DNA from: an uncultured Chloroflexia bacterium
Lineage (GTDB): Bacteria > Chloroflexota > Limnocylindria > Limnocylindrales > CSP1-4
Reading direction: 5' to 3'
DNA length: 64,000 nt
Assembly (NCBI GenBank): GCA_963763775.1
Contig: CAVXPZ010000001.1
Location: forward strand, 864,001-928,000
In this document: positions 20,291-29,599 of the stretch, piece by piece
Numbering within the stretch: the first letter of the stretch is position 1
Layout of the letters: every line of letters begins with the position of its first letter
Notes under the pieces: generated by a model
Seen by the model: only the letters and a program-made list of their open reading frames with translations
What the model was told of the DNA's origin: nothing
Databases searched by the model: none
Made by a program: the position numbers and the translations under genes

Positions 20291-21373
20291 ATGGAACGCC
20301 GACAAGGAGTCGAGAGCGTGGTTCGCGCGCTCCGGCGCGTGAACTTCCAGGGGTCGATCTTCGGGCAGTCCGTGGCCATCCGGCTCGGCCTGTCCGAGTC
20401 CGACGTGGACGCCCTCGAACTGCTGCTCGACACGGGCGCCGCCACGGCCGGCAAGCTCGCCGAGCTCATGGGCCTCACGACGGGCGCCGTGACCCGCGTG
20501 ATCGACCGCCTCGAGCAGGCCGGCTACGTGCGACGCGTCTCGGACCCGGCCGACCGCCGGCGCGTCGTGGTCGAGATCGTCCCGGAGAAGATGACGACGC
20601 TCGAATCGATGATGGCGTCACTCGAGCGGGCCGCCGCCGACGAGGCGGACCGCTACTCCCCCGAGCAGCTGGCCCTGATCAGCGAGTTCCTCGGCCGGAT
20701 GGCCGACCTGACGCAGAGCGAGGCCACGCGGCTCCGGACGACGACCGAGGACCCCACGGTGTCGAGCGGGCCGTCGGAGCACGCCGCCCCGCTCGGCGGC
20801 CTGACGAGCGCCCGGCTCACGTTCCGTTCAGGCGCGCAGGACCTGCGACTGCGCGCGGGCGCTCCTTCCGGTGACCTCTACCGCGGCCGCTTCGACGGGG
20901 CCACGCCGCAGGTGCGCGTCCGCGACGGCCGCGTCCTCGTCCAGTACCGGGGGATCCCGTTCGACTGGCGAAAGCGGACCGCAACGATGGCCCTCAACCC
21001 GACGATCCCGTGGGCCATCGAGGTCGTGGGCGGGATCTCCCGCATCGAGGCCGACCTGCGCGAGATCATGCTGCGCCGGCTCGAGATCACCGGTGGCTCG
21101 GATCGGACCCAGATCGAGCTCGGACCGCCGCGCGGCGACGTCCCGATCAAGCTGACCGGCGGCGCCAAGACGATCCGGCTCGAGCGACCAGCCGGCGTCC
21201 CCGTCCGCCTCCGGGTGTACGGCAGCGGCGGCGTCGTGATCGACGAGCACTCGTACGGCAACCGGGGCGGCGACACGGTCATCGAGCCGCCCGAGTGGGC
21301 GACAGCGCGCGAGCGCTACTCGCTCGAGGTCATCGGCGGCTCGAAGGCCATCACGATCGTCGAGCGGCACTGA
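20291..21373 (+). CDS. MarR-family regulator with ~200-aa C-terminal beta-rich domain
   Basis: GLTTGAVTRVIDRLEQAGYVRRVSDPADRRRVVV winged helix; SD CAGGAG. Confidence 0.9.
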   Translation: MERRQGVESVVRALRRVNFQGSIFGQSVAIRLGLSESDVDALELLLDTGAATAGKLAELMGLTTGAVTRVIDRLEQAGYVRRVSDPADRRRVVVEIVPEKMTTLESMMASLERAAADEADRYSPEQLALISEFLGRMADLTQSEATRLRTTTEDPTVSSGPSEHAAPLGGLTSARLTFRSGAQDLRLRAGAPSGDLYRGRFDGATPQVRVRDGRVLVQYRGIPFDWRKRTATMALNPTIPWAIEVVGGISRIEADLREIMLRRLEITGGSDRTQIELGPPRGDVPIKLTGGAKTIRLERPAGVPVRLRVYGSGGVVIDEHSYGNRGGDTVIEPPEWATARERYSLEVIGGSKAITIVERH

Positions 21374-21383
21374 CCGCGAACGG

Positions 21384-22073
21384 TCACGCCTCGGGCGGAC
21401 GCCGCGCGAGATGGTCCAGGAACTCGGCACGGGTGCGGTCGCGCGTCCGGAACAGCCCGAGGACCGACGAGGTCGTCATGATCGTGCCCGGCTTGCGGAC
21501 GCCGCGCATCACCGCGCACAGGTGCGTCGCCTCGATGACGACGCCGACGCCCTGCGGGGCGAGCCGGTCCTGGAGGAACTCCGCGACCTGCTGCGTCAGC
21601 CGTTCCTGGACCTGGAGTCGGCGCGCGTACATCTCGACGATCCGCGGGATCTTCGAGAGCCCGATCACGCGGCCGCGCGGGATGTACGCCACGGCGGCGG
21701 TCCCGAAGAACGGCAGCAGGTGGTGCTCGCAGAGCGAGTAGAACGGGATGTCCTTGACGATCACCATCTCGCTGTAGGCGACGTCGAAGACGGCGCCGTT
21801 GATGAGGCGCTCCGGGTCGACGTGGTAGCCCGCGGTCAGCTCGGTGTACATCCGGTGGACCCGCTCGGGCGTCCCGACGAGGCCCTGGCGGTCGGCGTCC
21901 TCGCCGATCTCGGTCAGGATCTCGCGGACGGCGGCCTCGACCCGCCCGTTCCCGGCATGGCGTCCGGCGCCTTCGATGCGCGTCCCGGCGGCGGTCGGGT
22001 CCTCGCCGATCTCGGTCTCGATCTCATCGACGATGGCCTGGACGTGGCTCGGCAGGGCGGGCGTGTCGGACAT
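21384..22073 (-). CDS. folE: GTP cyclohydrolase I
   Basis: [37 protein letters not shown]. Confidence 0.97.
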   Translation of the reverse strand: MSDTPALPSHVQAIVDEIETEIGEDPTAAGTRIEGAGRHAGNGRVEAAVREILTEIGEDADRQGLVGTPERVHRMYTELTAGYHVDPERLINGAVFDVAYSEMVIVKDIPFYSLCEHHLLPFFGTAAVAYIPRGRVIGLSKIPRIVEMYARRLQVQERLTQQVAEFLQDRLAPQGVGVVIEATHLCAVMRGVRKPGTIMTTSSVLGLFRTRDRTRAEFLDHLARRPPEA

Positions 22074-22136
22074 GGGCTCCGGGCTCCTGATGCAGGCGGC
22101 GATGGTACGTCGGACGCTGCTAGGCTGCGCCTCGAC

Positions 22137-22643
22137 ATGCCACACCCTCGCGTCGAGCAGCTCCGATTCGCGCGCGCCGAGTGGGTCCGCGGCCTGCGTG
22201 GGCTCGGCGAGGCCGATGCGCAGCGCCGCCTGGAGCCGATGAACTCCATCTCGTGGATGGTCGGGCACCTCGCCTGGCACGAACGGCTCATCTCGATGGA
22301 GCGCGGGCAGGGCCTCCGGGTCGAACCGGTGCTCGACACGGTCGCGAACGGGGCGCCGGCCTCGACGCCGACGCTGCGCTCGATGTGGGCGGCCTGGCGA
22401 CGGGTCACCGAGGCCGCGGACGTCTACCTCGACACGCTCACCACCGACGACCTGCTGGTGCCGCTGCCGCACGACGGCCGGTCGAACCCGCCGGCCGCGG
22501 GATCGCAACTCCAGCGCATCACGTACCACTACTGGAGCCACATCGGCGAAGCGTCCGCGGTGCGGCAGATCCTGGGCCACCGTCGGCTCGCCCAGTTCGT
22601 CGGCGACATCGAGGCGCACGCGCCCTACCGCCGGGAGCCCTGA
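22137..22643 (+). CDS. DinB-family protein
   Basis: [14 protein letters not shown]...HYWSHIGE His triad. Confidence 0.88.
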   Translation: MPHPRVEQLRFARAEWVRGLRGLGEADAQRRLEPMNSISWMVGHLAWHERLISMERGQGLRVEPVLDTVANGAPASTPTLRSMWAAWRRVTEAADVYLDTLTTDDLLVPLPHDGRSNPPAAGSQLQRITYHYWSHIGEASAVRQILGHRRLAQFVGDIEAHAPYRREP

Positions 22644-22670
22644 CCCGCGGCGCCGGCTCCGGCGATCGCG

Positions 22671-23303
22671 TCAACCCGGTCGGCCGCGCCGCCGAAGGTA
22701 GTCGTGCCAGAGCAATCGAGCCGCCACGGAACGCCAGGGCCGCCACGGCTCGCCGATGGCCTCCATCTCGACCGGCGTGGGCCGCCGGTCGTGGCCCTTG
22801 ACCTCCGCGACGGCCTGGGCGAGCGCGATGTCCCCGACGGGCCACACGTCGGGCCGCCCGAGCACCATCAGCAGATAGATGGTCGACGTCCACGGCCCGA
22901 TCCCGGGCACGGCCTCGAGGGCGGCCCGGACCTCGCCGTCGTCGAGCGACGGGAGCCCGTCGAGATCGAGCGCGCCGCTCGCGACCGAGCCGGCGAGAGC
23001 TCGACCGTAGCGCGCCTTCTGGCGGCTGAAACCGATCGCCAGCAGCTCGGGATCGGTGAGGGCCAGGAACCGGTCCGGGGTCAGCGGGTCGGCAGCGACT
23101 CGCAGGCGGTCGAAGGCCGCCTTGGCCGAGGCGAGCGAGACCTGCTGCTCGAGCACGATATGGAGCAGCGTCGGAAACCCCGGCGCACGATCCCAGAGCG
23201 GCGGCGGGCCGTAGCGGCCGACGATCGCCCCGAGGTCAGGGTCGCGGGCGCCGAGCTCCGCGACGGCGCGAGCGAGCGAGCGTCGGTCGAGCGCGGCCGG
23301 CAT
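22671..23303 (-). CDS. alkA: DNA-3-methyladenine glycosylase II (HhH-GPD)
   Basis: IVLEQQVSLASA, VPGIGPWTS, PDVWPVGD, WRPWRSVAARLLW. Confidence 0.9.
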   Translation of the reverse strand: MPAALDRRSLARAVAELGARDPDLGAIVGRYGPPPLWDRAPGFPTLLHIVLEQQVSLASAKAAFDRLRVAADPLTPDRFLALTDPELLAIGFSRQKARYGRALAGSVASGALDLDGLPSLDDGEVRAALEAVPGIGPWTSTIYLLMVLGRPDVWPVGDIALAQAVAEVKGHDRRPTPVEMEAIGEPWRPWRSVAARLLWHDYLRRRGRPG

Positions 23304-23308
23304 CCGCC

Positions 23309-24425
23309 TCAGACGACCGAGCCGCCGGCCGCGAAGCCACGTGCCGGGAGCGGGTCGAAGGGGCGGCCCTCGGCGCCGCGCAGCCAGGCCCGGGCGTTCT
23401 CGCCCAGCGACGGTCGGTGGTAGCCGCCCTCCTGGAGGATCACCAGCCGCCGTCCGAGCGCCCCGACCCGCCGGCCGACCTCGTGATAGACGTCGGTCGT
23501 GAGCGCGAAGTCGCCGATCGGATCGAGTCCGTAGGTGTCGAACCCGAGCGAGACGACGACCACCGAACCCGGCACCGCGCGCGATCGCCTCGACCGCGCG
23601 ATCGGTCGCCTCGAGGTAGTCCTCGTTCGTCGCACCGCCACGCAGCGGGAGATTGAGGTTCTCTCCGGCGCCCGGCCCCTCCCCCACCTCGTCGGCCCGG
23701 CCGAGGAAGTACGGGTAGGCACGTTCCGGGTCCGCGTGGATCGAGACGTACCGGACGTCCCCGCGGCGCCAGAAGATCTGCTGCGTGCCGTTCCCGTGGT
23801 GGTAGTCCACATCGAGGACGGCCACGCGCTCGCCCGTGGCCCGCGTGATGGCCTCCGCCGCGATCGCGGCGTTGTTGAAGAAGCAGTAGCCGCCGTACAT
23901 GGCGCGCGCCGCGTGATGGCCCGGCGGCCGGCACAGGCCGTACGCGGCCGTCGCACCGCCGAGCACGAGGTCCACGGTCGTCAGGGCGACGTCGACGGCG
24001 CCACGCGCGGCCACGTACGTGCCGGCGACCAGGGGCGCGGCGGAGTCCAGACCCCAGTAGCCGGCACGGCCGCCCGCATGCTCCGGCTCGCGGACGAGGT
24101 CCCTGACCGCGTCCGGGCTCATGCCCTCGAACATCGCGCGGTTCGGGTACGTGTCCGCCGACAGGAACGGGCGGTCGATCGCCTGGCGGCGGGTCTCGCT
24201 CCACGCGACCTCGAGGAACCGGAGCAGGCCCGGGTCGTGGACCGCCGTGATCGGGTCGTCGCCGTGCTCGGTCGGCGCGACGCGGGCGAACCCGCCGTCG
24301 GCGTCGAGGGTCTCGCGGATGATCTCGGCGCGCTCGGCGACCTCGTTCGCGGGGACGGCGACGCCCATGAAGGTCTCGACGGTGACGTCGTGGCCGAGAT
24401 GCGACGGCGTGTAGACGACCTGCAT
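23309..24425 (-). CDS. Histone deacetylase / acetylpolyamine amidohydrolase family protein (frameshift ~23580)
   Basis: RPPGHHA, GYCFFNNAA, LDVDYHHGNGTQ in one frame; SLGFDTY...QEGGY C-terminus in another frame. Confidence 0.9.
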
Positions 24426-24431
24426 CGTGTC

Positions 24432-25400
24432 CTAGGACTCCCCGATCGTGGCGGGCTCGCCGGCGACCGAGAGGATGGCCGCCGCGACCGCATCGGGACG
24501 GTAGCGCATCAGGTTGTGCCCGTCGTGCCCGAACGACACGTCGCGGATCGGTGTCCGGCCGGCCGCGAGCCGCGCGTCGCTGGCGGCCGCGAGGGCCCGA
24601 GCGCGCGCCCCTGGCGTGTCATCGCCGGACGGCGCAGCGGCGAGGGCCACCACCGGCGCGGTGACCGCTGCCAGGGTCGCCACCGGGTCGTAGTCGAACA
24701 TCGTGCGCACACTCGCCTCGAGCACATGCGGGCGGGCGACCGGCACGACCTTCCCGGCGTGGGTCTCGACGACCGTCGCCCGCGCGGCACGCTCCTGGTC
24801 CGCGTCCCAGCTCGACGGGTCGAACGCCCGCCGGTCGGCCAGATAGGCCGTCATCGAGCGGAGCACCTCGGGTGGCTCGTCGAGCGTCCGGAGGAAGTCC
24901 TCGACATCGAGGCCGGTCGACGTCTGGAGCCGCTCCCACCCGCCGTCGACGAGGACCAGCCCGGCGCACCGTGGGCCGAGGCGGGCCGCGGCGGCCGCGG
25001 CGACGATCGCCCCGAAGCCGTGCCCGGCCATGACCACGCGGTCGTCGAGGTCGTCCACGAGTCCCGACCCCTCCGCGACCGCGACGGCGTCCTCGGCGAG
25101 CACCGCGAGGTCGTAGGCGCCGGCCTCGGTCGGCGCATCGGACAGCCCGTGCCCGCGGAGGTCCATGGCGACGACACGTCGCACGGGCCGCAGTCGGCGC
25201 GCGACCGGTGTCCAGATCCAGCCCGTCCCCGCCAGCCCGTGGACGAGCAGCACACCCACATCGTCCGCGGCGCCGGGCGGTCCCGACCCGCCGCCCCAAT
25301 CGAGGAAGTGGATCCGGTCGCCGGGGTCGACGACCACGACGAACCCCTCGGGCTCGGCGGAACGGTCCGGGCTCGGCACGGCGTCCAGCGGTCGATCCAT
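24432..25400 (-). CDS. Alpha/beta hydrolase-fold protein (nucleophile elbow GHGFG)
   Basis: LLVHGLAG, MDLRGHGLSD, AGHGFGA, LVLVDGG, GHN. Confidence 0.88.
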   Translation of the reverse strand: MDRPLDAVPSPDRSAEPEGFVVVVDPGDRIHFLDWGGGSGPPGAADDVGVLLVHGLAGTGWIWTPVARRLRPVRRVVAMDLRGHGLSDAPTEAGAYDLAVLAEDAVAVAEGSGLVDDLDDRVVMAGHGFGAIVAAAAAARLGPRCAGLVLVDGGWERLQTSTGLDVEDFLRTLDEPPEVLRSMTAYLADRRAFDPSSWDADQERAARATVVETHAGKVVPVARPHVLEASVRTMFDYDPVATLAAVTAPVVALAAAPSGDDTPGARARALAAASDARLAAGRTPIRDVSFGHDGHNLMRYRPDAVAAAILSVAGEPATIGES

Positions 25401-25421
25401 CGCCCGTAGGATACGGGGGTC

Positions 25422-25829
25422 ATGGCCAAGCGCCGCCGCGGCTCCCGGTCCGCCATCCGCCGGTCGCAGCACCGGCCGTTCGAGGTCCTCGTCGACCGCG
25501 CGCTGGCGTCGATCCCGATGCCGTTCGCGACCGCGCTCGACGAAGTCGCGGTCGTCATCGCCGACGAGCCGACGCCGGACCAGCGCCGCGAGAACGGGCT
25601 CGAGGGGGATGACACGCTCTACGGGCTGTACGAGGGCGTCCCGCGGACCGACTGGGGAGCCGATGGCGTCGCCATCCCGGACCGGATCATCCTGTTCCGG
25701 CTGCCGTTGGAGGCGGACTTCCCGGACCCCGACGACCTCGCCGACGAGGTCTGGATCACCGTCGTCCATGAGTTGGCCCACCACTTGGGCATCGACGACG
25801 ACCGCCTGGCCGAACTCGGCGTCGACTGA
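25422..25829 (+). CDS. Zincin-like metallopeptidase (DUF1025-type)
   Basis: LYGLYEGVP, PDRIILFR, HELAHHLGIDD. Confidence 0.92.
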   Translation: MAKRRRGSRSAIRRSQHRPFEVLVDRALASIPMPFATALDEVAVVIADEPTPDQRRENGLEGDDTLYGLYEGVPRTDWGADGVAIPDRIILFRLPLEADFPDPDDLADEVWITVVHELAHHLGIDDDRLAELGVD

Positions 25830-25848
25830 CGGACGGTCGACCGCCCGG

Positions 25849-26910
25849 TCAGGCGCTCACGCCGGCGATGAGCGCCACGATGAGCAGCAGCACGAGCCAG
25901 GCCACGACGATGCCCAGCCACATCGATCGCGTGATGACCCGGAACCGCCGCCGTCCCGCCAGCACCACGCCGGGATCGTGGTCCCGGCCCACGCGCACAT
26001 GGTCCAGACCGAGCGTCGCGTGCGTCAGCCCCACGAACATCACGACCTGCGGGGCCAGCGACAGGGCGGTGACCGTGAACAGGAGCGTGCCGAACGCGAA
26101 CGTCGCGACGACGATCCCCGCGGTGATCAGCACGAGGCCCGCAGGACCCGAGTCGGGTCCGAGACCGAGGCCGTCGAAGACCCGCAGGGCGATGTCGAGC
26201 CCGGCGCTCAGCCCCAGGAGGATCAGCAGGAGCGCCGCGGTCTCGAAGAGCGCGACGACGACGGCCGCGACCTTGCGCGCGCGGTAGACGCGGAACGACC
26301 GCCGGGTCGCCTCGATGGCATCGACGTCGCCGAGCACGATCCCGCTCTGGACGTAGGTGAACGGCGCGCCGACGAGCGCGGTGGCGAGGATGATCGCGAG
26401 GAACGAGCCCTCGCCGCCGAGCGGCACCGCCCCGGCAAGCATCGCGGTGAAGACCCCTTGGACCACGGCGAGGGGGATCCCCGCCACGATCCCGCCCACG
26501 ATGGCTCGCCAGAACACCATGCGCGACCGCGCGATGGCCTGGTGGACGCTGATGGGGCGCCCGGCGAGACGGCCGCCGAGCAGCGCGATGGCGACGAGAC
26601 GGCTCTCGATGGCCGCGATCGCGAGGCCGAGGACCATCGGCCACGCGAGGACGTCGTCCCAGGCGCCGGCCGCGGACGTCGTGAGCGCCGTGGTCTGGGC
26701 GACCGTGAGATGGATCGTGCGCACCTGGATGACCCACGTCGCGAGCGCGAACGGCGCGACGAGTCCCAGCACGATCGCGCCGATGTAGAACGACGCCCGA
26801 CGGGTCTCCTCGGTCGCCTGGGCGAGCAGGTCGAAACTCGCCCCGATGAGGTGTCTCGTCGTCTCCAGGCGAGGCGTCGTCGACACAGGGGCGACGATCC
26901 CCTCGGTCAT
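25849..26910 (-). CDS. Hypothetical membrane protein
   Basis: 353-aa ORF with ~7 TM helices, coupled to the upstream gene by ATGA overlap. Confidence 0.8.
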   Translation of the reverse strand: MTEGIVAPVSTTPRLETTRHLIGASFDLLAQATEETRRASFYIGAIVLGLVAPFALATWVIQVRTIHLTVAQTTALTTSAAGAWDDVLAWPMVLGLAIAAIESRLVAIALLGGRLAGRPISVHQAIARSRMVFWRAIVGGIVAGIPLAVVQGVFTAMLAGAVPLGGEGSFLAIILATALVGAPFTYVQSGIVLGDVDAIEATRRSFRVYRARKVAAVVVALFETAALLLILLGLSAGLDIALRVFDGLGLGPDSGPAGLVLITAGIVVATFAFGTLLFTVTALSLAPQVVMFVGLTHATLGLDHVRVGRDHDPGVVLAGRRRFRVITRSMWLGIVVAWLVLLLIVALIAGVSA

Positions 26911-27938
26911 GTCGAGGCGCCCGGGAGGGTCGCAGCCTCCGCGAGGAGGGCACCGAGCCGGCTCACCTCCACGTTGCCGCCCGACAGGACGACCGCGACG
27001 CGGTCGCCGTCGCGGAGCGGGATCCGGCCCGCGAGGACCGCCGCGAGCGCGGCCGCCCCGGCAGGTTCCACGACCTGCTTGAGCCGTTCGAGCGCGAAGC
27101 GGAGCCCGGCCAGGATCGTGGCATCGTCGAGCAGGACGATCCCGTCGAGCCAGCGGTTCGCCATCGCGAGCGTCAGCTCCCCGGCGAACGGCGCGCCCAG
27201 CCCGTCCGCCACGCTCACGGGCTGGATCCGCACGACCTCGCCGCGGGCCATCGCGAGCGATACGGCGTTCGACCCCTCCGGCTCGACGCCAAAGACGCGC
27301 GCGGAGGGCCGACGGCCCTTCACGGCCGCGGCCACGCCGGAGATCAGTCCCCCGCCGCCGACGCCGACCACCACGACGTCCACATCCGGGACGTCCTCGA
27401 CGATCTCCAGCCCGACCGAGCCGTTCCCCGCGACGACCGCGGCATCGTCGAACGGGTGCACGAACGTGAGGCCCTCCTCGTCCCGGAGGCGCTCCAGCTC
27501 CGCGAGGGTCTCGCCGACGTGCTCGCCATAGAGGACGACCCGTGCGCCGTACCCGAGACAGGCGTCCACCTTGGACCGAACGGCACCCGCCGGCATCGTC
27601 ACCGTCACCGGGACGCCCGCGGCGCGACCGGCCCAGGCGTACGCCTGCCCGGCGTTGCCGGCGGACAGCGTGATCACGCCGCGCGCACGGGCCGCCTCGG
27701 TCAGGGTCGCGATCCGGTTCGACATGCCCCGGGCCTTGAACGAGCCGGTCTTCTGGAGTTGCTCGGCCTTGAGATGGAGGCGGCCGTCGCCGATCTCGAC
27801 GCCGGAGGCGGCCGCGATCCAGCGGGCAGCCGTCGTGGACGTCAGCAGCGGGGTCCGATGGACCAGCCCGGCGATCCGGGCACGCGCGGCCTCGATCTCG
27901 GCGAGGGTGACATCAGCGGCATCCACGGTCGGTGACAT
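26907..27938 (-). CDS. PLP-dependent serine/threonine dehydratase family enzyme
   Basis: KAEQLQKTGSFKARG, SAGNAG, VGGGGLISG, VEPAGAA, LSGGN. Confidence 0.93.
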   Translation of the reverse strand: MSPTVDAADVTLAEIEAARARIAGLVHRTPLLTSTTAARWIAAASGVEIGDGRLHLKAEQLQKTGSFKARGMSNRIATLTEAARARGVITLSAGNAGQAYAWAGRAAGVPVTVTMPAGAVRSKVDACLGYGARVVLYGEHVGETLAELERLRDEEGLTFVHPFDDAAVVAGNGSVGLEIVEDVPDVDVVVVGVGGGGLISGVAAAVKGRRPSARVFGVEPEGSNAVSLAMARGEVVRIQPVSVADGLGAPFAGELTLAMANRWLDGIVLLDDATILAGLRFALERLKQVVEPAGAAALAAVLAGRIPLRDGDRVAVVLSGGNVEVSRLGALLAEAATLPGAST

Positions 27939-27975
27939 GCGGCGGAGTATCGCACCCGATACGCGCCCAGCTGAC

Positions 27976-28004
27976 TTGCGTGTTTGCGCAAATAGTGATA
28001 GATT
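27976..28004 (+). promoter_or_regulatory. Sigma70 promoter with an operator palindrome in the spacer
   Basis: TTGCGT-N17-TAGATT; TTTGCGCAAA at 27983-27992; GTG start 7 nt after the -10. Confidence 0.75.
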
Positions 28005-28011
28005 TCGGGTT

Positions 28012-28311
28012 GTGTTGGACTACCTGCCAGTCTCCGCCGAGGTCGACCGGGAGCGGTACGCCGCCATCGGCCGGGCCCTCGCGGACCCCAAGCGCCTGTG
28101 CGTCCTCGAGTCGCTCGCCATCGGCGAGCTCTCGGTCAGCGACCTCAGCACGAGGGTCGGCTGCCAGGTGCCCAACATGAGCCAGCATCTGGCCGTGCTG
28201 CGCAACGCCGGGCTGGTCACCAGCCGGCGCGAGGGCAGCACCATCCTCTACCGCCTCGCGGACGCACGCGTCCTCGAGGCCTATCGACTCATCCAGGACA
28301 TCGCCCGCTAA
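28012..28311 (+). CDS. ArsR/SmtB-family regulator
   Basis: RALADPKRL, SQHLAVLRNAGLVTSRREG...YRL. Confidence 0.92.
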   Translation: MLDYLPVSAEVDRERYAAIGRALADPKRLCVLESLAIGELSVSDLSTRVGCQVPNMSQHLAVLRNAGLVTSRREGSTILYRLADARVLEAYRLIQDIAR

Positions 28312-28340
28312 GGGCGAGACGGGAGAAAGGATCCATCCGA

Positions 28341-28685
28341 ATGGCGGAGATCAAGGTCGCGACGGACGCGAATTTCGAGGAGCTCGTCCTCAAGGCTGAG
28401 CGGCCGGTCGTGGTCGACTTCTGGGCCGCCTGGTGCGGCCCCTGCAAGATGGTCGCCCCCGAGATGGAGAAGCTCGCCGAGAAGTACGACGGGGCGGTCG
28501 ATGTCGTCAAGGTCGACGTCGACGCGAACCCGCGGCTGTCCCAGGCCTTCAACATCCTGAGCATCCCGACCATCGCGTTCTTCAAGCCCGGCGCCCAGCC
28601 GCAGGGCGTGGTCGGCTTCCGACCGCTCGAGCAGCTCGAGCAGCAGTTCAACCTCAGCGAGTTCGCGGCCGTCAAGGCCGACTGA
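28341..28685 (+). CDS. trxA: Thioredoxin
   Basis: VDFWAAWCGPCK; SIPT cis-Pro motif. Confidence 0.96.
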   Translation: MAEIKVATDANFEELVLKAERPVVVDFWAAWCGPCKMVAPEMEKLAEKYDGAVDVVKVDVDANPRLSQAFNILSIPTIAFFKPGAQPQGVVGFRPLEQLEQQFNLSEFAAVKAD

Positions 28686-28705
28686 CCCGGTCCTCCTCCT
28701 CCCGC

Positions 28706-28737
28706 GACGGCCCCGGTCCGCAAGGATCGGGGCCGTT
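28706..28737. terminator. Hairpin after trxA between convergent genes
   Basis: GACGGCCCCGGTCC-GCAA-GGATCGGGGCCGTT (GNRA loop). Confidence 0.65.
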
Positions 28738-28771
28738 CGATTCCCGGCGCCCCTGCGCGGGAGATCGGCGG

Positions 28772-29077
28772 TCAGCGGGCGGCGGCGCGCCTCGCGGCCG
28801 AGCCCAGCCAGGCGACCGCCCGGTCCGCGGCGTGCTCGTCGAGCTCCTCGGGCGCGAACCGCACCCAGTCCGGGCCGCGGTCCGAAGGCGACGTGTCCGG
28901 CGTCCGGCGTGCGGCCGCGGCGACGGCCGGGTCCAGCCGGAATTCGGCGGCGCCCTCCGACGTGACGACGGCGATCACCGTGTCGCCGACCCGGAAGGTG
29001 GCACCGGCACCGTCCCGGACCGTCCTGACGCCGTCGAGCTCGTCGGCCGCGTCGTCGAGCAGGTCGCCCAGGGTCAC
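28772..29077 (-). CDS. Hypothetical protein (possible YjbR/TfoX-N-like fold)
   Basis: FRVGDTVIAVV...GPDWVRF...AWLGSA; GTG overlaps the upstream stop. Confidence 0.65.
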   Translation of the reverse strand: MTLGDLLDDAADELDGVRTVRDGAGATFRVGDTVIAVVTSEGAAEFRLDPAVAAAARRTPDTSPSDRGPDWVRFAPEELDEHAADRAVAWLGSAARRAAAR

Positions 29078-29556
29078 TCGCGGGCCGCCGCGAGGATGAC
29101 CCGCAGATCCGCGACGTGCTCGCGGTAGTGGTCCACGGTCTCGCCGTCGAACCAGGCCATGTAGGTCGGATGCTTGACCCAGCGCGCCTCGGGGACGACC
29201 GTGAGCGTGCCGCGCAGCTCGCCGGGCAAGGACCGGAACGTCGCCCGGAGCTCGTCGAGCGGCATCGCCGCCCATGTCGCCTGGATCTCCGCGTTCACGA
29301 CGTCGCCGCCGCGCGCTTCCCAATCGGCGTCGACCCGGGCGATCGTCGGGCTCGTCTCCCCCACGGCGAGTTCGCGCGCCGCATCGAGCGAGAGCGCCTG
29401 GCAGGCCGCCAGGTGCGCCATCAGATCCCGGCCGGTCCAGCCGTGGGCACCGTCCACCACCTGCTCGAGTGCGGCGTCGGAGAGGTCCGCGAGCGCCTGG
29501 AAGGGCACCCACCCCTCATGCTCCTCCTCGAGGAATTCCATCGCGTCTAGGTACAT
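29074..29556 (-). CDS. DinB-like four-helix-bundle protein
   Basis: GWTGRDLMAHL...HYREH. Confidence 0.85.
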   Translation of the reverse strand: MYLDAMEFLEEEHEGWVPFQALADLSDAALEQVVDGAHGWTGRDLMAHLAACQALSLDAARELAVGETSPTIARVDADWEARGGDVVNAEIQATWAAMPLDELRATFRSLPGELRGTLTVVPEARWVKHPTYMAWFDGETVDHYREHVADLRVILAAARE

Positions 29557-29599
29557 GACCGCATGGTAGTCGCGACGGCACCGGTCTAGAGTCGCGTTC

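Noticed and set aside
22671-24425. 584-aa HDAC-AlkA fusion in the ORF track
   Set aside because: A frameshift at ~23580 diverts the HDAC frame; its true C-terminus (SLGFD...QEGGY) ends at 23309 and alkA has its own ATG at 23303
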